DNA of 64,000 nucleotides. Origin: Paramoeba atlantica (taxonomy: Eukaryota; Protista; Discosea). Each line of letters starts with the position of its first letter. The first letter of the stretch is position 1. Shown here one piece after another: positions 32,780 through 44,375 of this stretch. The notes below the pieces were generated by a model. The model saw only the letters and a list, made by a program, of their open reading frames with translations, made no database searches and had not been told where the DNA came from. The stretch lies in the NCBI GenBank assembly GCA_977017575.1, contig CDRNVI010000030.1, forward strand, positions 186,001 through 250,000. Reading direction: 5' to 3'. Position numbers and translations under genes: made by a program.

Positions 32780-33069
32780 TTGCGTTAAAGTTTAGAATTT
32801 GTTCCCTCAAATAACGGTTCGTGTGATGACTTAAATAGTTTTCCGCTGAATTAGTTCACGTACAAATCTGTTTGATTGTCAAAAAATATAGGGTTGGGCT
32901 TCGCTTCCCGATCTAATTCTTTTGCCTCTGAGCTGCTTTCATTGAGAGCTCAACACTGAGACTCAATGTTTATCAAAAATATGGACAACCTTTGTTTGTT
33001 CAGCAAAACTGGGTAAAGAGTTTCAATAAGAAAAATAGGCAACGTAAACGAAGAGAACGAAAATCACTT

Positions 33070-33260
33070 TGATTACTCGTCCTTGTTTGATACACTCAGT
33101 AGATGGACACATACACGGTTCGCATATCATCATCTTATGTGCCGAGCAAGGAAATCGCGACCTTTGTACTGTGATCCAACAAAAGGTTGAAATGGGATGT
33201 GAAATCTACATCGATATAAACAATACGGTAACGCTCACAAAATCATATCCAGTATCCCTT
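33070..33260 (+). pseudogene. Possible Merlin relic
   Basis: LCTVIQQKVEMGCEIYID resembles the Merlin segment around the second catalytic Asp. Confidence 0.4.
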
Positions 33261-33265
33261 AAATC

Positions 33266-33876
33266 CTAGCACACGCTCCTGACCCACTTACCCCGCGGCG
33301 GCACCAATAGCTCTTTGTCCGACGCGTGGGCCCGGGCCACCTTGTTGAGGAAGTTCAAGGTCTCTGGTCCCGGTATCTCGTAGGTAGTGAAGGCCAGGGG
33401 GTCCAATTCCATGCCCCTCACCAGCGCCATCTTATCATGAGTGTTCCGTTTGTTGGCCTCATCCATGCTAAGGGTGTGGGACCGCTCAGCCGCCTCCCTG
33501 TCCACATAGGATGGGGTCAGAGGATTCACTACTCTGACATTGACAAGGACGATCCACCCATAGTGAGCTAGAAGGTCTGTAAATGATTCTTTGACCTCAT
33601 TGTGGCGGGAGGCCTGGGTTTTCCCCTTCACCTTCTTGCAGTCCAGTGCGTGTACGCAAAACTCCTCATTGCGGAGGGTTGCACCGCACACGCACTGGAG
33701 ATCAGGTTCTGAGTTAGGGTCGTCCAGGTACCGGAGGCGGGCCGCAGTCTCCCACTGCGGGTCCCGCATATAATACTCCGGCCTGTTCGGTCATAGCCCT
33801 GTTCGGTCTGGAATCGTGTTGCGTCTTTCAGATCTGATCTTTCAGATCTAAGGGAAACGGACGGCTTGACTCGCAC
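33266..33876 (-). pseudogene. CRE-clade non-LTR retrotransposon C-terminal fragment
   Basis: CVCG...HALDC finger, RHN, VRVVNPLTPSY, PLAFTTY; the PD segment appears deleted. Confidence 0.7.
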
Positions 33877-34298
33877 AGAGATTTAATGCTAAACTCGATA
33901 TCGTGCGTACGTGTAACAACACACAGGGATTTACAGGCGAGATGTTTCTAAGACGGTTCAGTTTTTAAAAAAATGATAAGCACCTCTTTTTTGTTAAGCA
34001 GCTCTGTTCTCCTTTTTTCCTATTCATCGAGTTTGGAGGCATCAGTAGCAAGTGCAATCGGCGTTGGAGTTTCCTCTAGTCCACTTGCGATCGCTGCAAC
34101 TCGGTCACGATGCATTTCGGCAGAGGATTTTTAACGTCAAGTGTTCCGGTGTATTGGAGCAGAAAATCCATTCTGCGTATCTGATTGTTCCAAGATTGTG
34201 AATTCTTGGTCCGTCATGGATCGCTTTGTGAGGGAAAAATTTAAACCAGAAATTAGGAGAAGAAGAATGTAAATTTTTATATGACATGCGAAATTCAG

Positions 34299-35185
34299 CT
34301 AATACGGGATACCGCTAATCCTAATTTTCGTATTCCAAATTTCCAGCCTAGACACCTCGTGTCGGAACTTCTTCGTAAGGCCTATTCGCCGCACATCGCC
34401 ATGCAGATCAATATTGTCCGACAATTTTAATCCTCGCATGTCCGTGGGAAGACGCGTCAAATCTACCAGACCTGAAAATAAATTATTTGAAAGGTCAACC
34501 TCTCTTAACTTAAACGGAAGCTGATTCAGATACAGCCTACCGGAGAACTGATTTCGATCCATGTACAACCCCATCATACTTCGAGGGAGGGACGTCAAAT
34601 CAATGGATCCAGTAAGCTCGTTCTTCGAGAGGTGCAGGCAGACCAGGGAAACGGGAAGATTTGATAGGCAAACACTTCCAGTAAAGCAATTGTAGTCGAG
34701 GCGGAGGTTTTCAATTCTAGGCGGCAACGAAGCCAAGTCTATTCCGCCTTCAAATCGATTGGTTGTAAGACAGAGTTCCTCGAGTCCCGATGGTAATTGA
34801 TCCAGAGGCACCAAACCCGATAAATCGTTCCTATAGACCTGAAATAACTCAAGTGTGTGGGGAAGATACATAAACCTCAAACTCCCTGATATGTGGAAAT
34901 CATCCCATTTAATACGGACAACTTCCCCATCTTTGTTACATTCAACACCTCCCATATATACTGACATATTGGTGTTTTAGTACTCCATGATTCACGTAAT
35001 TCCTTGACTTCCGCTACTAGCCGTGCTAACTGGTATTCTTGAGGCAGATTCGTAGTGCTCACTTTGGAGGTCTTCACTCTCACACCCGTTGACTCTCCCT
35101 TTAAAGGCGATCCTTCTTTATTCGCTTTCCCAGTTTTCGTAAGGTTTCGTTCCGGAACGTCTAAACATAAATGAGGCGGGATCAT
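34299..35185 (-). pseudogene. LRR gene with a frameshift in the cap (~34955)
   Basis: LPQEYQLA...TPICQ in one frame and GVECNKDG plus LRRs in another; may be a sequencing error. Confidence 0.85.
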
Positions 35186-35504
35186 ATTGATACGGAAATA
35201 ACCCGCGTTCACAGAAACTAAAATATGTGTATATTAAATTCCGGGAAAAATACAAAGAAATTTTCTAAAGTCTTTTTTTAATGACTTTATCTAAATGGAG
35301 ATACAAGACACCAATAATGTACAGTGGTGCTCAGCGAAATTCTGCCTACAGGTCTCGCAATTCACTCTGCCTCAAACAAGTCTCATTTCTCGTGTCTCAG
35401 TGGTCAGATGTATCATGCAAAGGGGTACGGCGTCCTTCAAACAAGTTTGCAAATTACTATTTACTTTTGTACGCGCCATGTACGCGTGGTTGTCAAGAGT
35501 GGTT

Positions 35505-36284
35505 CTAAAACTGCCAAGCATCGGAATTAAGAGCGTACCGGAACGGCAAAAAACACATATACGACCCGCGCTTGGGGAGTATCTTGATTTGAGTTCCCCA
35601 TACGCCGATTTCATAATAAAACCATATTGGATCAAACTCACCGCGGAGATTGGGGTTGTGGTGCAATTCCAACCGGATGCGGTAGGGTAGATGCTGCAAA
35701 TCTACAGGCCCAGAAAAATTATTGTTCATTAAACTTAACGAACAGAACTTGGTGGGTATAGCTCCAAAATCGAGATTTCCGGATAGATCGTTGCGGCTCA
35801 GAAACATCCCCCGTAACGCAGGGGACAACATGCGGAGGGAGATGGAGCCATGCAGCTCGCAGTCAGAGAGATCCAGAGTGTGTAAACTTCTTGGCATCTC
35901 ATCCAAGTTCAGCGTGCCTTCAAAATGGTTATGGTGGCCACTCAAGGTACGAATGTTCCGCGGTAAGGATTCTAGGTCGACTTCACCCTTTAGCTCGTTC
36001 CTACCAAGAAATATATGAGAGCACATTATAATGGATAAGTGTACCCAACGGAGTGTCCCGTTGAGAGCCAAATTCGACCAGTTAACTCTTCTAATATCGC
36101 CATTCCTATTACAGTCCACCTTATTCCACAAGCATGCGGGGGTGTCCGTATTCCACGAGGGAAGTGTCCCCTTGACGTCCTGAATGAATTGTGCTAACTG
36201 ATACTCCTCTGGCAATTTCGCTCGTGCCCTTCCAACGCGGTTGCGTGGAAGTATATCATCCGCAGTGTGGAGTAAAACAAGCAT
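35505..36284 (-). CDS. LRR protein 6 (259 aa), family B
   Basis: LPEEYQLAQF, cap, LRRs, C-terminal IKILPKRGSYxCFLPxRY...WQF tail. Confidence 0.92.
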   Translation of the reverse strand: MLVLLHTADDILPRNRVGRARAKLPEEYQLAQFIQDVKGTLPSWNTDTPACLWNKVDCNRNGDIRRVNWSNLALNGTLRWVHLSIIMCSHIFLGRNELKGEVDLESLPRNIRTLSGHHNHFEGTLNLDEMPRSLHTLDLSDCELHGSISLRMLSPALRGMFLSRNDLSGNLDFGAIPTKFCSLSLMNNNFSGPVDLQHLPYRIRLELHHNPNLRGEFDPIWFYYEIGVWGTQIKILPKRGSYMCFLPFRYALNSDAWQF

Positions 36285-36377
36285 AAGGTTTACTGCAGTA
36301 GTGATACCGTCAAAAATCTTATCAAGGTACTGTTATTTTATCTGTCTCTATTTTCCGTGGCACTACAGGATAAAATG

Positions 36378-36453
36378 TGTGCCCGTTTCCGGGAAAAGAA
36401 AGGAAGGGCAAGAAAAATGTACCAACAAGGCACAGAAACCGTATCTTTCTGAG
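36378..36453 (-). ncRNA. SL-RNA-gene-like copy
   Basis: CTCAGAAAGATACGGTTTCTGTGCCTTGTTG|GTACATTTTT...CCCG-GAAA-CGGG. Confidence 0.62.
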
Positions 36454-36880
36454 ACGTCGCGTGCTGCGTACCGAGCACGAGTAAAACACCCCAATATTTT
36501 TAAAGACACCACATTTTCTAGCAAGTACAGAGAAGGAATGCGCCGGGAAATGGCGAAAGGCAAAAGGCGCGAAATTAGCATTTGTGCTTTCGTAATAAAA
36601 ATTTAGTATACCGTACCCAATTAGTATAACGTACCACTAGTATACCTACTAGGTATACTATCCTCAAACATGGTTCAAGTAATTACTGATCACACAACTA
36701 CAGAATGGTGGGTACATGTACCTACAGAATGGTATTTTCTACAATGTTAACTTCTCGACTTTGAGATGAATTCTCACTCACCCCTTCCAAAGCTCTAAGT
36801 ATAGACTCCATGGATATTCACTGGGAGCGCCTGGGAGGGTTTCAACCCTTTCAGTACTCTCGAAAATGGATCAAATTGAT

Positions 36881-37723
36881 TCAATAGGTTTTTACGAATA
36901 TTTGTGTACCATTCACTTTAATGGTATATAATTCTTTTGGTAACATCCAGACCTTGGCAACACCGTAAAGCTCCGCGTTGTTTTCAAGGTTCAATTCTGT
37001 TAATTGTGGAGGTAGGTCGTCGAACAGCACTACTCCAGAAAATCGATTATACGAACAGTCAACCGTGTCAAGTTCCAAAGGCAAATGTTGCAGATCAAGC
37101 GATCCGGTGAATTGATTCCTTGATAGATTGATAACCAGCATAGATGCAGGTAAGGATGTAAGATTAATTTCCCCGGATAAATTGTTTTCATGAAGCAACA
37201 GTCCATACAAGTTTTTTGAAAGGCACGTCAAGTCCACATTCCCGTGAAACCAATTGCTAAATAAGAGAAGCTGACCTAATGTGTAAGGTAAATGGCATAA
37301 ATTTACCTCACCTGTGAATTCATTACTGAAAGCGTTAAAGTCCGTAAGATCAGGTGGAAGCGTGTCGAGTGGTACTTCTCCAGTAAGTTGGCCATGTGCT
37401 ACAGTAAATTTTAGTACCGTGCGCAGCAAATATTGCCATCGAGGTGATCCCTCAAGTTTCTTACGGGAACTGTACATCTGTTTATCCCATTTGATATTTA
37501 CCACGATGAACTTTTCGTCACATGTTACACCCTCCCATTTGCATGCGTGTATCAATGTGTTCCACGAAATATCGGGGTTTCGAATATCAGTGATAAATCG
37601 TGATAGTTCGTATTCCTGTGGCAAGCAGGCCCCTCGTACCTTACTCGGTATTCTCTGCAGTTTGTAATCTGCTGTTTGACAAAATGAATACATGTCCGAT
37701 AAACTCAGTATCATAAATTTCAA
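36881..37723 (-). CDS. LRR protein 7 (ATG at 37714)
   Basis: LPQEYELSRF, WNTLIHACKWEGVTC, LRRs; resembles LRR protein 1. Confidence 0.92.
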   Translation of the reverse strand: MKFMILSLSDMYSFCQTADYKLQRIPSKVRGACLPQEYELSRFITDIRNPDISWNTLIHACKWEGVTCDEKFIVVNIKWDKQMYSSRKKLEGSPRWQYLLRTVLKFTVAHGQLTGEVPLDTLPPDLTDFNAFSNEFTGEVNLCHLPYTLGQLLLFSNWFHGNVDLTCLSKNLYGLLLHENNLSGEINLTSLPASMLVINLSRNQFTGSLDLQHLPLELDTVDCSYNRFSGVVLFDDLPPQLTELNLENNAELYGVAKVWMLPKELYTIKVNGTQIFVKTY

Positions 37724-38173
37724 GAAACTTGTAGTAATGAATGTGAGTGAATTCTCAAGTCGTAGAATGTTTTTCGATCAGATCAGATAAATTGTAAAGT
37801 CGTGGTATAGCTTTGAGCTCTTATTATCGATTAGTATGGATGAGCCTTTTGTAGATTATTCCTCTACCGTTTCCTCTACCGTTTTTCCTCGGGCAAAACG
37901 GTTCAGTAGATTTCGTCTTTTGCGACTACCACAGAAAGTAAGTTTGCGTCCATCACAGAAAGCTGAGGAAGGAATCGAGTGCAAAAGAAATTCATGAATC
38001 CAATGAAAAAGAACAGTTCAATCCTTTTACTCTTACGACGGTCCGTTACGGTGTCTCCTTGCTCGCCAAAATGGCGCAGTTTGTATCCGCATGTAAGAGT
38101 TTCAATTTATTGTTTTGAACCGTCGGAATAAGTGCGTTCCCCAAAGTAAAAGGTCGCTGTATGTGTCGTACGT

Positions 38174-38209
38174 AACTCAGGATAAAAATACAGTTTCTGT
38201 ACCTTGATG
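38174..38209 (+). other. SL-exon-like sequence without intron
   Basis: AACTCAGG-ATAAAAATACAGTTTCTGTACCTTGATG: 26/28 match to the 28-mer, starts with AACT. Confidence 0.6.
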
Positions 38210-38858
38210 AGGTTTCACATCAATTTTACCATTTGAATGGAACGCGTTCCGTTACGACGCTCTCATGCCGTGACTTGGAACACAAAAGTCTGGATTCTCA
38301 TTGAGCGAGTTCGGGGCGCTGCGTTTAAACCGTGGACGCGGAACGCTGAAATATTCGCAGTCTTTCAAGTTCGAAAGGTCTTGACACCTTATTCACCGAA
38401 CCAGTGCATGAGCATTTAAACGCTGTAAGAAAACAAGCCATCTTTACAACTTCCCCGTACAAATTTAATGAAATATATGATTAATACATTCTCACAATAC
38501 AATCCTGGTCCTCTCACTTTGAAAAAAAACAAGGATAGGTCTCTTTTGTGGAATCAAACAAAAATAACCCAATTGAGTCGTCCAGCGTGCGGAAAATAGC
38601 GCAAAAATATACAATACCCCCCATCCTACGGTAATACAATGATGTATTGTCTACGACCCTTAAAAAAGAGAAACATTTGAACAACTTTTTGAGTCACTGT
38701 ATGTCGAGCGCTTAACATAAAAAAATAGATATGCCTTATACGTATAAGCCTCACGTACGTATAAGCCTTATAAAGTAAATTTAGCCTTCTTTCCGATTTC
38801 TGTGAAAACAAAGAAGCCTTATACGTTTTACACATTCTCACAATACACACATGTTTAG

Positions 38859-39080
38859 CTAACATGTATTCAAAAACTGCCATATGTTGGAATCAAAGAC
38901 GTAACGTAAAGGCAAAAAGCACCGGTAGGATCCGCGCTTGGGGAGTATCTTGATTTGAGTTCCCTCTATTTTGGGTGTGGGAGGAATCCATATCGGATCG
39001 TATTCACCACTTAAATTCTGATTATGATCCAACCTTAACGAAATGAAGTGGGAGACATGCAAATCTACGGGGCCCGAGAA
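38859..39080 (-). pseudogene. LRR family B 3' fragment
   Basis: LRLDHNQNLSGEYDPIWIPPTP...KRGSYRCFLPLRY; stop codon mutated. Confidence 0.9.
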
Positions 39081-39389
39081 TTGACAAATAAGTGGGGGGC
39101 ACAGTGTATTAATTCTTTTAGTTTCTCAAGAATTTCGGTTTCGTCAATGGTACCTCTTTCCACAGATTTTATCAGTCGGAAACCCTCCAAAAGTGTTGAC
39201 CATGCAAGAAAAGCAGGTCGTTTGTAGGTCACCACTTTCGACGAAGGCCTTGAGCGAGAAGTACGGAACTTCTACTCGGAGCATTTAGAAAATAAAATAG
39301 GTAGCTGAAAAAGTCTAACAGGCTCGTGTAAACCGGGGTGGGAAGAGCAGAAATCGGGAATGTAGATTTATCGGGCCCGGCAGAGTGCA

Positions 39390-39760
39390 ATGAGGAAAGT
39401 GAGCTCCACTTTGCTTGACCTCATATCCGGGCAGTTCTCGGTCAGTCGAGAGCACGTGCTTGAGCTCATGGAACATCACGGTGCTTTCGAAAAAGCTATC
39501 CGAAAAAGCGAGGGAACGTGCTTACAAGCATTTATATTATGTCTTCGGGTGGACTTGGCGAAGGTTTGGCCGCAAGAAATCGATGGCACCGTCCGACATT
39601 GATGCCCGGATTCTATCGTCGGCAGAGCACTTGTTCACGCAGCACAAAATTCGAAGGTATAATTTTGTGTTGTTCGGCAACGAAACCGCGGTTTTCGTTG
39701 ATGGAGAACCACGAGGTTTAACGTTGGATCCGATACTTCAGGGTTTGCTTATTCCCATGC
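39390..39760 (+). pseudogene. pogo-like (DDE_1) transposase fragment
   Basis: FGWTWRRFGRKKSMAPSDIDARI...LFGNETAVFVDG aligns to 50238-52052. Confidence 0.8.
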
Positions 39761-40176
39761 TGGGGTCGAAGAAGTGGGTTCTACCATTAAAAGAGGTAAA
39801 AAAGAGAGTAAAAAACTCCAAAGGATTGTACTTTTTTAAATAAACATTTTCCCCCAAGAGCAGTGTCGAAAAGTAGGCGGAAAACGTCAAGAGTGATTTA
39901 GAAGAATAATTTGGTATATGTAAAGCACCAAAACACTTTGGTTTTCATGCTACTTTTTGCACGTTGAAAGTACTGCTTCGGATTTAAATGGTTCATTTTG
40001 GCCCCAAATGCAAAGCGCGGGTTCGGTGCGAGTTCGGTGATGCACACCCGCAGCCCCTCATGTATTTAAAACTAACACTAACATGTATTTAAAACTGCCA
40101 CTCCGCCGCAATATGTATTTAAAACAGCCACTCCGCCACAATATACTGCATATTTAAAACTTACACTAACGCGTAT

Positions 40177-40995
40177 TTAAAACTGCCATACGTTGGAATC
40201 AAAGACGTAACGTAAAGGTAAGAAGCATCGGTACGACCCGCGCTTGGGGAGTATCTTGATTTGAGTTCCTTCTACGTTGGGTGTGGGGGGAATCCATATC
40301 GGATCGTATTCACCACTTAAATTTACATTGTGGCTCAAACGTAAGGAGATGAAGTGGGAGAGATGCAAATCTACAGGGCCGAAAAAATGATTGTGGGACA
40401 AATCCAAATAATACATGCGGCTCGGCAGTGCCCCTAAATAGAGACCTCCCGCGAGCGCATTATGACTTAAAATTACAGACTCAACCTCGGGGGGCAGCAT
40501 GTATAGCGAGATGGGCCCATGCAACCTGCAGGAAGAAAGATTCAGAAGATGTAAAGACGGCAGCATTTCTTCCAAATATATAGTGCCACCAAAATTGTTA
40601 AAGCTGACATCAAAACTCCAAATATTAATCGGTAGCAGTTGTAGATCGATTCCCCCCGTTAGTCTATTGATATAAAGATCCAAATGTTTACACATTATAC
40701 TTGATAAATGTGTCCAATGAGGAGTCCCGATGAGAAACTGGTCAGACCATCGAATTGCATTAATTTCACCTTTTTCATTACACCCAACTGTATCCCATTC
40801 GCAAGCGGGAGTATCCGTATTCCAAGAGGGGTGATGGTTCTGTATGTCTTGTAAGAATTGGGCCAAATAGTATTCATCTGGCAGATTCGCCCGCGCTTTG
40901 CCGACACGGGAGTGTGGAAGTAACGGATCTGACATGTGGATTAGTATACTAGTACGTAATATAAATTTCACTACAGTGATTGAAACGAACAGCAA
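40177..40995 (-). CDS. LRR protein 8, family B (ATG at 40935)
   Basis: LPDEYYLAQF, cap, LRRs, family B tail. Confidence 0.92.
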   Translation of the reverse strand: MLFVSITVVKFILRTSILIHMSDPLLPHSRVGKARANLPDEYYLAQFLQDIQNHHPSWNTDTPACEWDTVGCNEKGEINAIRWSDQFLIGTPHWTHLSSIMCKHLDLYINRLTGGIDLQLLPINIWSFDVSFNNFGGTIYLEEMLPSLHLLNLSSCRLHGPISLYMLPPEVESVILSHNALAGGLYLGALPSRMYYLDLSHNHFFGPVDLHLSHFISLRLSHNVNLSGEYDPIWIPPTPNVEGTQIKILPKRGSYRCFLPLRYVFDSNVWQF

Positions 40996-41565
40996 CTAAT
41001 GAATCCGTATGTTATATTTGAGTAGATGAAAAAATAAGTGTGTCCTTGCTGATCAATATCCAGAATACCGAACGTCTGTTTCGGTAATAATACCGTGTGA
41101 ATGAATGAAATTCATTTTCATTGGATCATGGACACTTCGTACACAACCAATAAATAGAATTTCCAGGGTTACGCACAAACTACCACTCTATTAATTGATC
41201 GCCATCAACGCTTCTTGATATGTGAAAAGATAGAAAATAATATGACTGAAAATACGAATCGTGATGCGTATAGAAAGTTGGATTAGCAGTTGTAATAATC
41301 TATTATACTACTGATTATACTACTATAATAATTATTTAATAATGATTATTATTAAAGAAAAAAATTATTTATAATTCTGCTACTATGTGAAAATGTTACT
41401 TCTAATAATATCCTCTAACTGAAGCAAAAAAAAAATCAAGACAAAGGTCCTTGGCGCTTCCAGGCGCTCCCACCCAGAGTCACCCCTCTGAGAACCACGT
41501 GCTCCAAGCTTTAAGTTCTTGCCACTCCGCCACAATATTTATTTAAAACTAACACTAACATGTAT

Positions 41566-42381
41566 TTAAAAATGCCATACGTTGGAATCGAAGACGTATC
41601 GTAAAGGCAAAAAGCACCGGTACGACCCGCGCTTGGGCAGTATCTTAATTTGAGTTCCCTCTACTTCGGGTGTGGAATGAAACCATATCGGATCGTATTC
41701 ACCACTTAAATTCTGATTGTGGTCCAACCTTAACGAGATAAGGCGGGAGAGATGCAAATCTACAGGGCCCGAGAAATGATTGTGGGACAAATCCAAATAA
41801 TACATGCCCTGTAGTGCCCCTAAATACAGACTTCCCGAGAGCATATTATGACTTAAGGTTACGACCTGAACATCGGGGGGCAGCATGCGTAGCGAGATGG
41901 GCCCATGGAACTTGCAGTGACCAAGAATGAGATAACCTAAGGACGGCGGCATTTCCTCCAAATTTAGAGTGCCATCAAAGTTGTTAAAGCTGCCTTCAAA
42001 ATTCAGAATATTAATCGGTAACAAATGTAGATCGATTCCTCCCGTTAGCCTATTGAGATTAAGATTTAAATGAGTACACATTATACTTGATAAATGTGTC
42101 CAAAGAGGAGTCCCGGTGAGAAACTGGTCAGACCATCCAATTGCATAAATTTCTCCTTTTTCATTACACTCAACCTTATCCCATTCGCAAGCGGGAGTAT
42201 CCGTATTCCAAGAGGGATGATCGTTCTGTATGTCTTGTAAGAATTGGGCCAAATAGTATTCATCTGGCAGATTCGCCCGCGCTTTGCCGACACGGGAGTG
42301 TGGAAGTAACGGATCTGACATGTGGATTAGTATACTAGTACGTAATATAAATTTCACTACAGTGATTGAAACGAACAGCAA
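41566..42381 (-). CDS. LRR protein 9, family B (ATG at 42321), tandem paralog of LRR 8
   Basis: Near-identical N-terminus and upstream DNA; diverged LRR faces. Confidence 0.92.
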   Translation of the reverse strand: MLFVSITVVKFILRTSILIHMSDPLLPHSRVGKARANLPDEYYLAQFLQDIQNDHPSWNTDTPACEWDKVECNEKGEIYAIGWSDQFLTGTPLWTHLSSIMCTHLNLNLNRLTGGIDLHLLPINILNFEGSFNNFDGTLNLEEMPPSLGYLILGHCKFHGPISLRMLPPDVQVVTLSHNMLSGSLYLGALQGMYYLDLSHNHFSGPVDLHLSRLISLRLDHNQNLSGEYDPIWFHSTPEVEGTQIKILPKRGSYRCFLPLRYVFDSNVWHF

Positions 42382-42771
42382 CTAATGAATCCGTATGTTA
42401 TATTTGAGTAGATGAAAAAATAAGTGTGTCCTTGCTGATCAATATCCAGAATACCGAACGTCTGTTTCGGTAATAATACCGTGTGAATGAATGAAAACAC
42501 ATATTCTGAATATGTTGTTCACTTCAATATGATAATCACTTCTTTTTGAGTCTTGAACAAAACGTGTTGCCTACGGACTACTCGTGTTGCACTACAAATT
42601 TTTGAATTATTTTTCAGTACCTTTGTATCTCCACTCTTTGGTACAGTTTATCAAACTAAGTTTAATCTCCGACTTTCCTTCATTACTTTTCGGAAAGTGC
42701 GCGAAAACGGGAGGCACAGCCCAATTCGTCACATTACACATAACCCATTATTAGTCGCGTAACCTAACTTC

Positions 42772-43629
42772 TCAAGTTACATTTATTCCCGTCTCAGAAG
42801 TAAACAAACCATGTCGAACAGAATCTGGTAATTGCGATTTCTTGACCTCTCCGTGAAGACCTGTATTGTTGCTCAAAATAAGAGTTTTCAGTCCGCAGGG
42901 CAGACGCGTCAATTCCACATGCCCCGAGAATGTATTCTCCTGCAAGCAAATACCTCCTATCGTCAACGGAAGCTGTGAAAGATCGAGCGCACCGGAAAAC
43001 GAATTATTCGCTAAACTCAACGTCCGCATTTTTGGTGGGAGTAAACTCAAATCCAGCGCTCCCGTGAGATGGTTATGGTTGAGAAAAATATATTTCATAC
43101 CCACAGGGAGCCTCGTGAGACAAACGTTTCCCGTAAACTGGTTCTGGCTCAGATACAAGCCTACCAAATGTTTCGGCAGTGAGGTCATGTCCAACTCGCC
43201 GTCAAGAATGTTATACATCAGAATGAGGGTATCGAGATCCGGGGGAAGCTGATCCATCGGTACGGTCCCGGACAGCTCGTTCGCACGTGCCGCAAAACCC
43301 TCAAGGGAGAGTGGGAGGTACTCGAGGTGTATTTTCCCGACCAAGTCGTACTCACTCCACGAAATATTTGAAATCTTCTCATCCTCGTCACAGTCCACGT
43401 CGGACCACTCACACGCGGGGGTCTCCGTACACCATGAGTCGTCAATGTTTTCTAAATCCGCAATGAGTTTCGCGAGTTGGTATTCTTGCGGGAGATTCGC
43501 GAGAGTAACCTTTGCTGTTCGCACACTCTGGCTTGCGAGCGTAACCTCGGGTCGTTCGTCGTCTGCAACCACTTTGCGTCGCTTCACGGGGGGCTCCAGA
43601 TCGTCGAAACGAAGAAATATCGGAGACAT
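42772..43629 (-). CDS. LRR protein 10 (285 aa) with PPVKRRKV
   Basis: LPQEYQLAKL, WCTETPACEWSDVDC, LRRs. Confidence 0.93.
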   Translation of the reverse strand: MSPIFLRFDDLEPPVKRRKVVADDERPEVTLASQSVRTAKVTLANLPQEYQLAKLIADLENIDDSWCTETPACEWSDVDCDEDEKISNISWSEYDLVGKIHLEYLPLSLEGFAARANELSGTVPMDQLPPDLDTLILMYNILDGELDMTSLPKHLVGLYLSQNQFTGNVCLTRLPVGMKYIFLNHNHLTGALDLSLLPPKMRTLSLANNSFSGALDLSQLPLTIGGICLQENTFSGHVELTRLPCGLKTLILSNNTGLHGEVKKSQLPDSVRHGLFTSETGINVT

Positions 43630-43981
43630 GGTACGGTGTGAAGAAGATACAAAGAGAAAAATGGATATAACGATGGATATAATGTGTGCTGATTAATGAG
43701 GCGTGAGAGGAGGTTTTCGGATGAATTCAATGTATTTTTAGAAATGTTGACCGCACTATTTTCGAGACAGTGATCCTGTTCATATATGGAACATGCACTA
43801 TGCAGATACTACGTACTACACATTCTCAAAGACCGCACTTCAACAAACATTGTGCATTTCGAATAAGTTATTCGAATATACATGTATTATTATAACATAT
43901 TAACAAATATTAACAAAAATATATCATAAGTTTGTTTTCCATAAAAATCTCTTCGTTATTTGTAAATGGATTAAATCTGTT

Positions 43982-44375
43982 TTAATTACTCACATAAATT
44001 TGCGTGTTTAAAGTATACTTATCGCTCCAGTTTTGCAATTGTACTGGTAGTGCCGATCTTGATACAGCGCCGCTCAAATCGGGACAATTCGATAAATCCA
44101 GCAAATCGATGGACATTGGAAGTCTCGTCAAGCAAACATCCCCAGAAAACAGGTTACTTGACAGCTGAAGAGTTATTATGTTCGGCGGAAGGTGGTCGAG
44201 GTGCAATTTACCAGAAAAGTGATTATGATCTAAACTCACGTTCCTTATGCTGGTCGGAAGTGACGTTAAATCAAAACAACCGGAAAAAGCGTTCTCTTGG
44301 AGGTATAAGTTTCTAATGCTTGAAATCGATGCTTGAAACACACACTTGTCCCGTAAACATATTGTATCCTAGATA
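43982..44375 (-). pseudogene. LRR 3' fragment, paralog of 57271-58137, cut by the second retrotransposon
   Basis: Near-identical to 57271-57663 including the 3' flank. Confidence 0.9.
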
